A stretch of 38,609 nt of DNA from Catajapyx aquilonaris (taxonomy: Eukaryota): positions 1 through 38,609 of the forward strand of contig KZ538959.1 in NCBI GenBank assembly GCA_000934665.2, written 5' to 3'. The notes under the pieces were generated by a model. That model had not been told where the DNA came from. It ran no database searches and saw only the letters and a list, made by a program, of their open reading frames with translations. Made by a program: the position numbers and the translations under genes. Each line of letters starts with the position of its first letter. Positions within the stretch are counted from its first letter, which is position 1. Positions 1 through 12,299 of this stretch are shown one piece after another.

Positions 1-850
1 ACACTTTTTACCATTCACAATATTGTTCCCAGTTGCAATTTTAGGTTACTCATACATGCCCATTGTGGTACTGGACTCTTCCTATACAGTACAAAGTTTC
101 AATTTCCAATTGACCTCTGCCTTTCCAGCCAGTCAAGTGCATCAAATCCAAACTCTAAAAGAGTACAAAATTCGAGCCCAGAAGAGCTTTATACCAAAAA
201 AAAAACCTTGAAGGAGCCCGGATCTTGAGAAGTTGGGTCGCTCCTTGGAAATTCACGGCACGAGATTCAGCCCAGCTAACCCTTGGAAACTTCCTTTTTT
301 TTTACTCTTTTCTTTCCTCCCAGGAAATACCGTTTACAAAAGAAAGACCAAGCGCCCCTGTAGATTTTGCAAATTGGGTTAATTATCCGGAACGTGAGGG
401 ATACCCAAACTGTGCTTCAAATTTGCTCTTGGATCGGTGTAATTGCCACACTGTAGCCCGTTCCAAGCTTGACAACAATCGACGCCTACCTCGATCAGGC
501 CTAGGCGCATAAAATGAAGCGGAAAAATTTCCCCCAGATAAACCATGGGTTGCATATACGGCGTGTCAAACATACCAGTCATAAAGTGCGAAAAAGTGTG
601 AAAATGCGGAGTGAATGTTCCACACACCACTGACACGGGCCGATAATTCTTCAGGCCTCTTTCTCCCCTCCCAGCGGTGTAAAATTTCCAATTACCGTGT
701 TGACTTTGCCATCATGGCTGGAGTTGGGCATGGCTTGGCTGGGGGGGTGCTCGACGCCACCTGACAACGGGGAGTTTAGGATCAAATTGGCCGTCGCCAG
801 GCCCGGTTTTTGGCGGGTCTCGGTGCGAGCCATGCATGGGTGCATTTGAC
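1..850 (-). mobile_element. Degenerate non-LTR retrotransposon RT fragment (domains ~1-6)
   Basis: Minus-strand motifs in RT order across frameshifts: LILNSPLSGG; KNYRPVS (651-631, cf. NYRPISL); VGVDCCQAWNG...LKHSLGIP (ORF 379..636, cf. VDxxKAFD...LxxxGIP); KGSFQG (cf. GVPQG). Confidence 0.65.
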
Positions 851-899
851 AGGCTCAACTCTAGGGTCACATTCCTCTGCTAAAAACAGAAAGATGAAA

Positions 900-1330
900 C
901 CCATACCGACTTGATCCGGTTGTATTGGATTTAGGCTGTCAATCTGAAACTGTCATGGACTGTGAAGTGGATGACCTATATGCTGGCCAACTTCACGAAA
1001 ATGGAGCACGGTACGGTATCGCAATCGAGCAATGCATCATCCAGGTATACTACGCAGCACAGCCACAAGGCAGCCTGCACCAATCTTCCCAGCTCCATTT
1101 ATCTCAAGTTGCAGCTCCGTTTGTAAGCTATTGCTAGAGCTACGGTGCGCTGCTGTTGGAAGCCACCAAGACACACGGCAACCAGCTCTATTAATCAGCA
1201 AAATGCAAGGGCATCATCGTGGTCCCCAGAACAGCCTCCATGGAGAGAAAAAAAAGGTACAGGGCCGACTGGGCACAAGAGAAATAAATCAGCTCCAAAT
1301 GCGGGGGATCGAACTGGGAAAGTGCGTCCC
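900..1330 (+). mobile_element. Degenerate LINE RT fragment (domains ~1-2)
   Basis: ORF 1032..1382 has PFISSCSSVCKLLLE (cf. PISLTSxxCKLLE) and KMQGHHRGPQNS (cf. QxGFRxxRS). Runs divergently from the previous fragment. Confidence 0.45.
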
Positions 1331-1396
1331 CAGCGACGATAAATGCCGCTCTACCTCTCGCTCTGCAAAAGCGATAAAATAACAAAAAACAGCGCC

Positions 1397-1442
1397 CGCC
1401 AGTGGGTGCGACACCAGCGCCAGTAGGTGCGACACCAGCGCC
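1397..1442. repeat. 21-bp tandem duplication (2.2 copies)
   Basis: cgccagtgggtgcgacaccag / cgccagtaggtgcgacaccag / cgcc, one mismatch. Confidence 0.95.
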
Positions 1443-1469
1443 GAAGCGGGGAGCAACTAACTATAAGTT

Positions 1470-2410
1470 CACGGTAGGAGTGCCAGAGGGCTGACCAACT
1501 CTACCTCATAATGCTGAAAGCTTAGGAATTTTGCCCGGGCAAGCGAGGAAAAAAAAGCGAGAAGGCTTTTTGAAGCTGAAAAGTATCGTGTAGCGGCCGC
1601 TCTAACTTTATTAAGCATCTCTCTGCTAATGGAGGTCGGCTTCTGATGAACTCGTCTCACCTTTCGACGTGAAGGTTGCTTCTTGCCTTTTTCGGTACTG
1701 TACAACCGGTCCCGGTCCGACGAGCTCGTGAATCGCCTCATTAAATCGCAAAATTTTGTTTTCCGCCAAAATCCCAAGTCCCCCCTTTTTTCCTCTCTTG
1801 ACGTCACACTCTGCCTCTCGGGCCATATTCATGAAAGTCTCGCTAGCTTGACTAGGTAACTAGGGCTGACATGGGGGGTTGCATTCAGAGGTCAAAAAGA
1901 GTGCTTTCTGAAGCATCCCAAGAGTCTCTCTTTTCTATTCCCCGACGGCGAATCGAGGAAGGGGAGGGGGGAAACGCAATTGATTCTGCTGGGAATTTAT
2001 CGGTTGAAGGAGCCCACCCAATATAACAAGGCACAATATCGCCATCAAGGACATCAATCTGTCCTCAGCGATTTGGGAGTGTCCAGCCATATGGTCATAC
2101 CTCCATTATGCAGGGACTGACCCCCTTGATACCAACTACTGTAAACAATGTTAATCAAACAGATCGAGGCTCCCCCATTAGCTTGTCCAGGTCATTTAGG
2201 GCATACCAGGCCGCTTTTATTAATGGGCTTATCTGGGCTCTCTCCTCTAAAAATGTGCCTCGGGAACATGTGATCTTCCGCATACAAGGGGCACATACAC
2301 CCGGCGCACAAGCAGAGCAGATAATGAAACTTGTGCTTGCGTGAATACTCCTGCTTGATATGCATTACACCCTCCCTGGATGACTGTGTGTACAGGATAG
2401 TGAATGGTAA
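1470..2410 (-). mobile_element. Degenerate LINE AP-endonuclease plus linker
   Basis: LFTVVGIKG (cf. LTVxxIY), CILVGSFNR (cf. ILxGDFN), then linker-like ISREMLNKVRAAATRYF. ORF 2192..2437 could be the APE N-terminus or the Cys/His C-terminus of the upstream element. Confidence 0.45.
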
Positions 2411-2412
2411 TA

Positions 2413-2960
2413 TTATGCGAGCCAGTTTAGACTGCACAGTTCAAATATGCCATTGATTTTCACTTGACCATGCCTGTGGATTATTCCTGTACATCCCCCG
2501 GCTGCCATGAAGTACATGCATCGGGTCATTACGATCACTGAGACCGTGTTTAGGTAAGCAGACAAGGCCAGCGCCGCCAAATGATTTACCCATAGTGATA
2601 TTGCTCGCATAAACGAGGCCATGCCTGTAAATCGCCCACCCATACTTTCCAATAGTTTATTTGCATTTTTTCGTCGTGTGTATGTGTTGCCTCGGCATAA
2701 TGAGGCATGTTGTTTGAAGAATGATGCTTGGGTTGCAAACGATGGCCCACACACCATTGTATCAGCAGCCAGCAGTTGCACTTGTCCAATATTGTTTTTG
2801 CCCGTTTATCTAGCTCTGCTGTGTCAAGCTGTTGCGGAGTGACAAAAAGTGTCAATGATGGGTCACAGTCGATGCCCATCATGCAATTTCGCGCTTGTAA
2901 TGCGGTGCTTCGGAATAACACAGTGGCCTGCAGCGTTTAAACTGGGCCACACCATACAAA
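2413..2960 (-). mobile_element. Degenerate LINE RNase H plus downstream region (Ingi-like)
   Basis: ORF 2586..2921 has GIDCDPSL...LLIQWCVGH (cf. TDSxS...IQWVPGH). ORF 2413..2781 ends CTGIIHRHGQVKIN...CSLNW (cf. RTGxSxHxG...CRWC). Confidence 0.5.
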
Positions 2961-3413
2961 AAAAAAATCTTGTGTCTCAACTTCAGATTTGCCGCCATAT
3001 TAGCAAAAAAGTTTCACCAATACGAACATACGACGCCTCAGAAATGTAACCGATTAAATTCTCTTATTTTAAATGAAATTTTTCTCTTTTGGGACCTGTA
3101 AATCAATAACAAATCCCTGATAAAAGCCCCACATGGTCGTTGCAACTCTCAGATTTTATTTTTTTTTCTATATTCGATTCTCTTTCATCCTCTTCTTCCT
3201 CCTTGCCTTTTCTTCCCGCACGCTTATTTTTTCTCCTTCTACGTTCCTTTCAGCAACGCTCAGACTCATAAATTGGAAAAAAAGTGAGGCTAAACTTGTA
3301 AGGAAAGATGAGAATACGGAACGAAACCGATTTACGTCCCTTCCAGTTTGTTGTACCACGGAACCAAAAACTCTAACTTGGTTGGATACGACGGAAAAAG
3401 AAGTTGGAACAAA

Positions 3414-3610
3414 GGGGGGGGGGGNNNNNNNNNNNNNNNNNNNNNNNNNNNNNNNNNNNNNNNNNNNNNNNNNNNNNNNNNNNNNNNNNNNNNNNNNNNN
3501 NNNNNNNNNNNNNNNNNNNNNNNNNNNNNNNNNNNNNNNNNNNNNNNNNNNNNNNNNNNNNNNNNNNNNNNNNNNNNNNNNNNNNNNNNNNNNGGTTCCT
3601 TCCCCCCCCC
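3414..3610. other. Assembly gap (N 3425-3593) flanked by poly-G and poly-C
   Basis: Directly visible. Similar G/C-run-associated Ns at 9692-9702, 17685-17780, ~18288, 20869, ~22427 and 24062-24065. Confidence 0.95.
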
Positions 3611-3699
3611 CTCTTCTTCTTCTTCTTCTCTTTTTCTCCGATCGCTGTCCTGGCCAAATTCTACTACCCAATTTCCCAGCACGCTCCTAGGTGGCTCGT

Positions 3700-4750
3700 T
3701 TCTTCAACAAGTTCCGGGCCCAAAATGAGACGCCTTGATATCTACACACATCTCGGACCATTTCATTACTTTCCAAACGCCAACCTTCTAACCTAACACT
3801 GCAAATTTAGTTCAACTCGATTGTTGCATTGTTGCTATGGGCGTATCGCACAAAACTTGTAGCAATTTTTGCAAAAAGCCAAAAAGATGGCAGTGCAATT
3901 CCCCCCTGCGATTCACACTGCGACCCTACAGTGTGTCACATATTCAGCCCTGAAAAGCCTTGAGAACTTCAACCATCAGTAACCCAGGCGCCTACATGCC
4001 ATTTAAATTATGCACATGTTTCCTTCATCGTCTGGACGAGGTGTCTAGGTTTCCAGGACCGGAATAAATTACGACCGTCTGTAATATATCACCCGGACGT
4101 GACCCTTTCCCACATGCCATTACAACTCACTGTTTTATTTGCAACACTACTGCAAGAAAAACCTCAGGTGCACGCACCCATTTTTACCTTCCTCAGACGC
4201 AGGCCCATAAAGGAGAGATTACACACGTTTGTGCCCGTAAGCGCTATCAGCTCCAACTAAAATTTTCATGGGCGCTTTATACAAGGTAGATTTTTATTTT
4301 GTACCCAACGGGTCGATACCCGTGTGTAAAGAGCACCTCCTCAATGATTGTTTCCAACAAGTGCCTGGGATGGCAAGAAAAAAAGGAAGAATGAGGTGGT
4401 GGTTTGTGCTGTACAAATGAAATGGCTCTAATCCAGAAAGGGAAGAAAGTTTTGGGAGCGTCTGCGAGAGTCAGCGCCAAGATGCATAAATCTCATTTAA
4501 TCCTCTAGAGGGGGGGATGGCGCTTCGAGATGAAAATGAACGGTCAAAAAAGTTCATTCTAACCGCACTCGCTGCAGGAGAATGCGGTGTAAAACGAATG
4601 TGTTCAAAAGTAGGGGTTGGTACTATGTTTCTGGCTCGTAAGATTTGATTGTAAGGTTTTTTTTTCTTCTTCATAAGGGATGAAAAACAAGCATGGAAGC
4701 CAAGATTGCGCACGACTCCTCCAGGGAACAAAATGAGAGCAATCCACAAA
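3700..4750 (-). mobile_element. Degenerate LINE RT (domains ~0-7)
   Basis: RFTPHSPAASAVRM (domain 0); FFPFWIRAISFVQHKPPPHSSFFSCHPRHLLETI (domains 1-2); ILVGADSAYG (3); WERVTSG (4); RYQGVSF (7). Confidence 0.55.
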
Positions 4751-5299
4751 GAAAAAGGACAAATATAGGGTTTCTTCTGATGAGATTTTTCTTCTGATAG
4801 AACTGGACAGGAGAGGTCAATAGCATTTCAGAGGCTCAACGCCAAACTATCTTCATTATGTTGTTCCTACAATCTGCCTGCAGTGGATTCAAATTTGAGT
4901 TTAGATCAATGTTCATTTCCAGACCAAGAGTTTGTGCTGATCTTGGGATAAAGGAATTTAGTTGTACGTAACTACAGGCTGCACTGTACACAAATCTTGC
5001 TTCCAGCTAGGAGGATAACAAAGCTAGGAGAGTAGAAACAATATTATTCTATGAATCCGTTTGCTCGTCTGTGACAGAAGCTTGTTTCGAGTAGAAATCC
5101 AGGGGGGCCACAATCACGTCCCATATTACAGAAACTGCGGATGCATGAATTGTGTCTAACAGCCCTAACATGCTAGACCTACTGTCGCATACTAGTACAC
5201 CCGATGAAGGACGCATGAATATTCAAAATCGGGATATAGACGCCCGAGGCAGATGGCATCTGCCTGATGCTGCAACCTTTCCACCGCCGCCCAATAGGA

Positions 5300-7400
5300 T
5301 TTTGGTGGGGGCCGTATGAGGCTGTCATCCTGCAATTACTATTCTGCGCTCTTTCTTTCCCATCTTTGCCTGTCGCAAACGAACGTGACCTGAAATTAAT
5401 ATGAGCTCATCAGTGCGGAGCTCTGCGGCTGCGACAACTATTAAGTTGTGGTTTAATTCTGTGCTTTCCACCCCGCGGGATATTTGCTGCGAAAAGTTAG
5501 CAAACGGCTTATGAGACACCTGAACAAAAGGGGCTCGGAATTTGCTAAAACGCTGTCAAAATTCGCCGAGTTACAATGAGTTCAACCACACACAATCTAC
5601 TAGCCACTTTCAAGGAAGTGACGATATTTTTAATTTAAAGTAGTTTTCCTTCTGGTGCACTATATTCTTGCGTATGAGACAGCATGAGGAAATTCTCGGC
5701 ATCATTTTAAATCACTCCCGACAAAGTCCGCGAGGGCGTTTCAAATTAATTAACGAGTACAACAAGGGTAATGAAACAAGCCACAACAACATTCATTAGG
5801 GCGCGCCTTTAAGCCAGGGCAAGCTTAATTGAATCAATCCACACGCACATATAGCCACACATACTTCCGCAAGTTTCATACACTGTACAGTACGTCCAGG
5901 AAGCCTATGATATTACTTACCAGCCAGCCAATTATGGAACATTATCAGAATAAAAAATTCAGTCGTTTTGTGAACTAATGAAACCTGAATACAGCCAAAA
6001 CCACATCGGCCTTAAAATAAATATAAACTACGTATAGCCTAATAGTAAATTTAACGTTTTTCAACAAAAGGCGCTGATTATTAGTTTCAGATCACTATAT
6101 AAACCCTCTGGCAATTTTCTCAAAACTATGTTTAACCTTCCTACAAAAACATGTATGCTCAGGCAGTTTAAAAGTACACAGAAAATTCATTACTCCGCCG
6201 CTATGGCATATAGCCCAACTCTTTTCCTAGAAACCGAGCGGATTACAGGACTCCCTCTGAAAGAAATTACATCAGTCCTGGATACTGTATACGCATTCCA
6301 ATTTCCCCCGAAGTACAAGTTCCCAATTCAGAGAAGGCAATTATGAGTGGTTTGCTGAGCCTTACCCTGCACTAACAGGAGAGGGGGAGGGGGGCGAAGG
6401 GGGGTTGCAGGCAATACGCGAAAACCGAGTCCTGCTGACAAAGAATATGAGCGGAAAATTCCCCCAGGTTTAATTATCTGAGAATTTGCACGTACAGCAG
6501 CAGTTCGATCGGACCAAGGCAGCTAGAAAACTCTCTCTCGGCTCAGAGTTTTATCGCGGATTACGCGTGTGCTCATAAAGCCAGTCCTTAAAATGGCAAA
6601 GGTTTTTCCTTTTTGCTCGGACCAATCCAGCGGCAAACCCCTACCGGATCCGGACTTAAGCCCAACGAAATGAATCAACTCCAAGGCCAACTCGCACTGA
6701 CGTTTCCTCCTTACGCTTCTATCCCCATGTTGTCTTCCGTCGGATACAGACAAACACAAAAAAAAACTATCTCCCAAAAAATGAGCAATTGATTCTCGAT
6801 GACAGCCTTCCAGTTCTCTCTAGAGAAAAACCATCGGAAAGGGAATACAACTCGCCAAAAAAATTTAGGAGCATCTGCGCAACTAGGTCAACCACCTATG
6901 TTCAGCAAAGCCCAGCTTACACGGCCAGTATTTTCGTAATTCCGGAGAGGGTTACGTGATGCGACAAAAATATGGCTAGTTTCCAGAGTTTAGACCAAAT
7001 ATTTTTGAACATATTCCAATATAAACTGCGCAAAAATTTTCGGCGCAATATATTTCAGTCATAAGTGTACGAACCATTTGGCTAAAAAATCTGGTTATTG
7101 GCCAGTTTTACACGCGGTTGCCTTCAGGTAATTTCAGGCTTCATTACGTACGGCAGGAAATTGCAAAACCGGTGGGGGAGGATTGGCTGCAACGAGGCAC
7201 ATCTTGCTGTCATTGTTTCCATCCTGCACTTTCCAATACGAAGGTATATTGACCCAATTTTCCAGCAGCATGGAAGCTCTCTTATCCAGCCAATTAAATG
7301 CACCCCACGCCTTCCTTTCGAGCAGGAGATAATTAGGCTGGAATTTGACCTCCGCATCCATCGGCCAGGACCCCTATGTCACCCAGGAAATTGCAACCAT
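5300..7400 (-). mobile_element. Degenerate Ingi-like RT through RNase H
   Basis: ELPCCWKIGSIY...RCASLQPI (ORF 7124..7357, domains 1-2); RVIRDKTLSRERVF and SCLGPIELLLYV (~6570-6490, domain 4); ILISGHVRL (ORF 5325..5519, RNase H GH motif). Confidence 0.6.
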
Positions 7401-7429
7401 TCCCTCGTATAATTACCTTCGTTTTACCC

Positions 7430-8300
7430 CCGATTGGTACGAGGAAGACCTGAGAAGCAAAAGGAAAAGGGTGCGGCTGGTTCCTACCTGCGGAGCATCC
7501 TTATCCAAGACCTCAATTCTGAGGGTCTTTCCATTTGGCTGAGTCTCTTACCTCGTTTGCGATTCGATTATAGACGCTAGCCGGAATTGAGCCACAAATG
7601 GGGCTAAAGTGTTGTCAGGAAGGCTCGTGGGACGTGTGACATGCCCCCCTGCCAAGACCTCTCCAAGCCCCCTAATTACCACTCCCATGTCCGACTGCCA
7701 AGGGACTATCTCCTGCCACATTTTACTTCCGCCAACGACAATCCACAGGCACAGATTACATCTTATACGCCCAATCTAGTTCAACAAATAATTGTTTAAA
7801 AGGTTAACTCGGGAAAATGACCAATGGTACCGTACACACCTAACCTAACCCTATATAATCTAATCTAATCATATAGATCTAACTTAATATGATCCAGCCT
7901 AATATGATCCAACCTATGTGATCCCACCTAATCTAACCTAACCTATTCTAACCTAATCTAACCTAATCTAACCTAACCTAACCTAACCTAACATAGACCA
8001 ACCGCACTTCTGGGTATGAAAAGGTTCAGAAAGTTAGATGAGACTGGTGGAAATGAAAAGGGGCTTGCAAAATACTGATGCCACGCGGCACTGAGCATTC
8101 TAATGACTTTCACATCCATCGCTTTTGGGGGAAAGCAGCCGCATTTTAAGCAGCTTTTTATTCCCGACGGAGGAAAAAAAAAGCAAATGAGTCTCACTTT
8201 CTCTGTGACATCCAGCCTCCAGTGGAGGACAGGCCAACATAAAGATTCGCCCAGTGCTTTCAGGGACAAGTTTACAAGTGGTCGTTACGGTTACATTTTT
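7430..8300 (-). mobile_element. Degenerate LINE RT (domains 1-4), interrupted by a TTAGG satellite
   Basis: IKSCLKCGCFPPKAMDVKVIRML...FPPVSSNFLNLF (ORF 7988..8269). Beyond the satellite: QGACHTSHE (~7650, cf. KGAFDxVxH) and LDKDAPQVGTSRTLFLL (~7510-7460, cf. GVPQG..SPxLF). Confidence 0.55.
7838..7992. repeat. (CCTAA/TCTAA)n pentamer satellite, TTAGG on the minus strand
   Basis: About 30 pentamer units. Perfect (CTAAC)5 at 7968-7992, decaying leftwards, with three copies of a ~15-mer taatatgatccagcc at ~7885-7930. Confidence 0.95.
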
Positions 8301-8629
8301 ATACCCTTGAGTTTTCGCAACATATACAGTGCTGGGTCATATGCATCCAACGAATCTCAGTGCAACCTGGCAATAAATCCATGTCCAAACAGGCAAACAA
8401 AATCCTAGAAATAATTCCTCGCAAGGACCGTTCAAGCTCTTATAATCCATGCAGTGGACGCCATAGCTAATTCCCCTCTGGCATATATAGTTCAGCTCAG
8501 ATATAAGCTCGGTGTGTTGAACCAGTTTTTTTTTCTGAACCTCCGTTTCACTCCCTGAACCCCCTGCAGAGCAGTAAGAGATTGCTCCTCGGGGTCCACT
8601 AAAGTGTGAGCGCAGCATCCATGATGCTT

Positions 8630-9300
8630 GCCTAAGGAACCTGCTCGAGTATTAGGAAGTGGGAATTACTTTTCAAGTACTGTTTTTTTCTCTCTCTCTC
8701 TCTTTCTCGAACTACTTGCAAGTGGGTGGGGCTCTACGTCCATCCAGGGGCTGTACAGAGAGTTCAGGTCAAGTGGAAGAGGCCAGAAGCGCAACCCCCT
8801 GAAATCCGTGCACAGATTTGCAAGCCGGAATCAATAAATGGCTAAAAAGGGGCATGGGGATGAACGTTCAGAGAGAAATGGTGGGGGCCTCTTCTTTTTT
8901 TTTCTCTCTTTTTTTGCAGCTGTGCCCGGACCCACGGCAGACCGCTATTTTATTACCATTTCGCATCAGAGGCTTTAATCCGTCTGATTGGAAGAGTCCA
9001 AAGGAGGAATCAAAATTCGCTTCCAATATTTCTAGTGAGTGGTACACCCTTCATGGCTGGGTATCTTTCTCATAATAGGCTGATAGTATCGCTATCTCTC
9101 ATACGACCTGAAGGTGGCTGGATAGTGCAGTAGGAGTATGCGCCATCTGCGCGTGTAGAATATAACTACGTGGTAAATCGGCGGGCCATCTTTGTCACTG
9201 TCATACTGACTATCGAATGGGTTCACTAAGATATTTGGATGTCCCTGGCATACCAGTCGAGTCCATAGCTAGGGTAAGAAGCAATGATGACAAGTGAAGA
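8630..9300 (+). mobile_element. Degenerate LINE RT domain 7 / thumb region
   Basis: KEPARVLGSGNYFSSTVFF (cf. PxLLGxxFDxxLxF) and LLASGWGSTSIQGLYREF (cf. LxxxxWG...LxxLY). Confidence 0.4.
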
Positions 9301-9449
9301 CCAGCCAGAAGTCGAGCATAGTCTGGGGCTAATCAGAGAAGGGGAGGGTTTTCGCGATTTCCATTCTGCCAAGAGACATCCGTTAGGAACGGAAGATTAA
9401 TTTCCTTGTGTTATTAACGCCGGCTCATTAACAAGTTGCGCCCAGAATT

Positions 9450-10000
9450 ATGAAGTTTGCAGATGGTATCAGAGAGCCAGAGCAGGGGAATGCAATGGGA
9501 GGCGCTCCGAACAAAAGCACAGGCGTTGCCGCATACAAAGTGGACTCCCGCGCTCTCTTTTTCCGACAGAGAGTGAGGGGGGGGGGGAGAATGGAGGGGC
9601 ATTATTGTCCCCAATTTCAAAGCGTACCCGGAGATGAATCGCAGGTGACATTTGTATCAGCGACCCTTCCACCGCTCAAAGGCAGACACGANNNNNNNNN
9701 NNGGGGGGGGGGACTAATCGGCGCACTTTTGCTCGCTCAGATTAAGTAGTGCCGGTTGCAATTAAGAGTGCCAGAGAGAACACTGCTGCTATTCCTTTTG
9801 GTTAAAAATGTAATTGCGCTTAATTGTTGCCTTCTGCTTGAAAGGGGAAGATAAAGGCCTCCAATAAGTTCCCCGGGAGCTAAATTTAACGTCATTATCA
9901 AGGGAAAGACTGGAGAACTAATTCGTCCCGCCTTGGATTTATCAAAGTAAAAATGGGTCCGCGAGTCTAGTGTTGATGATGCGTTGTTAATGAATGGGTT
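9450..10000 (+). mobile_element. Degenerate LINE RT (domains 0-3)
   Basis: PNKSTGVAAY (cf. KSPGPDG); EWRGIIVPNFK (~9589-9620); ALDLSK* (~9930-9950, cf. LDLSKAFD). Confidence 0.55.
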
Positions 10001-10379
10001 CACAGTAGAGAGTACTCACAGTGCTATAATTGCACTGTACTCCAATATCTGTCTAACGGCCTGACAAAAGGTCATCGTCCCGAGCATTGCCCTATCAGCA
10101 AATCAGTAAATTATACGCAATTTAATTATCAAATATTTCATGGCGCCACTGCGATACTGTATTTTAATCATATGAATGTAGGCCCTATTCAAGCATAGAA
10201 ACTGCCAACAAGTGGAAAAATTGCCGAGCTCAATATTACAAGTATAGTGTGTGCAATGTAGGTAATGAGCTAAATAATTTTTAAAATTCGGACATTGCGC
10301 ATGTGTGCTGGTTGTATAGTTTGGCTGAAACTATTTTTTTTTGTATATAGCATTCGCTTGCTTCAATGCAAAGTTCCCA

Positions 10380-11800
10380 TGCAAGGTGGAAAATCTAATC
10401 CAGCTAAAACATCTAACTCCTTGTACTTGAAAAGGGAGCCGAATTTCGCAGGAAAGAGGACCATCTCTCAACCCCGCGCACGCCAATCGTCAAGACCACA
10501 TGACGACAAATTCCGTGGTCCTCGTACATTCCCCTAATCTCATCTGCACATGAAAGGTTAGGCGTGTTCATCAGGCCAGCAGATACGACGTCCTCCTACC
10601 CAACTCATGTCCTCCACTATTTATCGGTCCGAAGCTCCACTCCTCCACAGGCATTAGCACTGAGCTCCTGGCATTTCCAGCCCGTGTTACGCCATCTTCC
10701 CAGGCCGTTCCTGCTCTTCCAGGAGCATTCGCCTAGACGTTTAATCCTACCCTGTGATATACTCCACACATCTAATACGTGGACCTGCTGCGAAAATGCT
10801 CGAGGGGTATTGACAGGGCGGGTCGACCTGACCTGAGACATCACTGCAACTCCGCGAATGTCCAGCCCGGGGCACGAGTAAGTTTTTCCTAGAATTTAGG
10901 CATTCCTCTGAACAATGTCAGGATGAATTTACATTTTATTTTGATGATATTTTGTACTTAAGCTTTCGAACATGAAGCACTATTTAACCGTCAGTTGTCT
11001 CATAAACGTGTGCAAAGTACACTCGAATGAATTCAGTGCATTTTATGGCAGCATATGCATCAAAGTGCGCTACTCCGGATCGGTGCAAGGAATTCGAACG
11101 CTTTAGCGTCACAATGGGGAAATGTGTTGTGGAAGGGCAAAGGGGTAGGGTTCAAAGGATACTGCGAACAGATGCGGCGCAGTGCACTCCAGCCAGCATG
11201 TGGTAGAAAAAGAGACGGATAGAGAGAGAGAGGCTTCTTCCTCTGGAAGCTGTGTATGTATCGAGTGGCACAAAGAACAAAGGACGGGCCCTGCCGTTTC
11301 GCAATGCAAAATGCGGTCGCCACTATTCTCCACCCCTTCAGGCATTTCAACTAACTCTCGAGGTATGCAGAAGCAGCCCTTCTTCTCTAATTAGGACAAC
11401 ACTCGCAAAATTACCAACACTGATTGCATAAGAGCGATACTCTCAAGATGCGTATCAGATGCCTTCCTGGAATTCCTGGAAATGCTACCCAGTTTCCTTC
11501 TATATGTATAAGTAAAAGTCAGAGTGTCGCCTGCTACTGTAAATTCCTCCAAGGTGACATCCACCCAAATGTGTATATACGTGTGTGTGAAATGCAGCCT
11601 GCGGGAAGAGTCATCCAGGCGTCCAAAATTTCCTCCTCGGTCGCGGTTTGCAAACCCCTCAACCGAATGACGCGATAATGCTAACCTAATTCTGCCGTCC
11701 GTCCCAAACATCATGCCAAATATAATGTTGGGCGGATTAATGCCATTCTGAGGACCGCATTAACGCCAATTTCATCCGCCACTTGCCGAGGGGACTCGTG
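10380..11800 (-). mobile_element. Degenerate Ingi-like AP-endonuclease plus linker
   Basis: ORF 11391..11714 has SVEGFANRDRGG and GDTLTFTYTYRRK (cf. GxARxxxGGG; LTVTSAYIPP). ORF 11109..11345 has SLSVSFSTTCW and SFEPYPF (cf. SxPDxT; SDHxPI). Linker-like RAFSQQV...ISQG...W follows. Confidence 0.6.
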
Positions 11801-12299
11801 CCAGTCGCCCCTCCCTAACTTTACACAGTATAATAATGCGAAACGTGTGGGTGGGAAGAGACATGCAGACGAAGGGTGTCGAACGCAGTAAAGAAGGCTT
11901 GAGAAGAGCTTCTAGGAAACACTGCCCCAGGCCGTCGATTCCGATTGCATTATGCAAAATCAGACGGAAAAAGGGGATGGATATTTTCACTTTTGCAACT
12001 GAAAATGGACCAGATTTTACTCGTACAGTACATTGCACCCGAAGCACACAGAGGTAGAAATATTCCTCCTGCCTCCTGTAGCCTCTTATTGATACCTTCT
12101 GACAAAAATTCGTGGCTGTATATGATTGTTGATTTCTGTTCGAACCATCTCTTGAACTTGTGGGGGCAGTGAACTCCGCTGCATATAGCACCAGGAAGAA
12201 ATGGCTTGTCTCCACTTCAATTACGTGGAGTTAGGGCTTGACATGAGCTCCAGGTAATCCACTACCGCAAGATTTGGCCCAGTCAGAAAATGGCAGCAG

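Noticed and set aside
734..775. 2A-like peptide LSGGVEHPPSQ (cf. SGDVEENPGP of Ingi/L1Tc), minus strand
   Set aside because: It is followed by NYRPVS (RT domain 2), not by an APE, so it fits the RT NxxLxxG region. The NPGP motif is absent.
3133..3796. ORFs spanning N gaps (also 17543-18102)
   Set aside because: Their length is an artefact of Ns and low-complexity flanks.
5247..5265. Palindrome aggcagatg-g-catctgcct as a terminator or operator
   Set aside because: 9-bp arms, no U-tract and no gene. Compatible with chance.
514..6467. Similar ~22-mers atga(a)gcggaaaa(a)tt(t)cccccag at ~514 and ~6447
   Set aside because: Short, homopolymer-rich and needs indels. The flanks do not extend the match.
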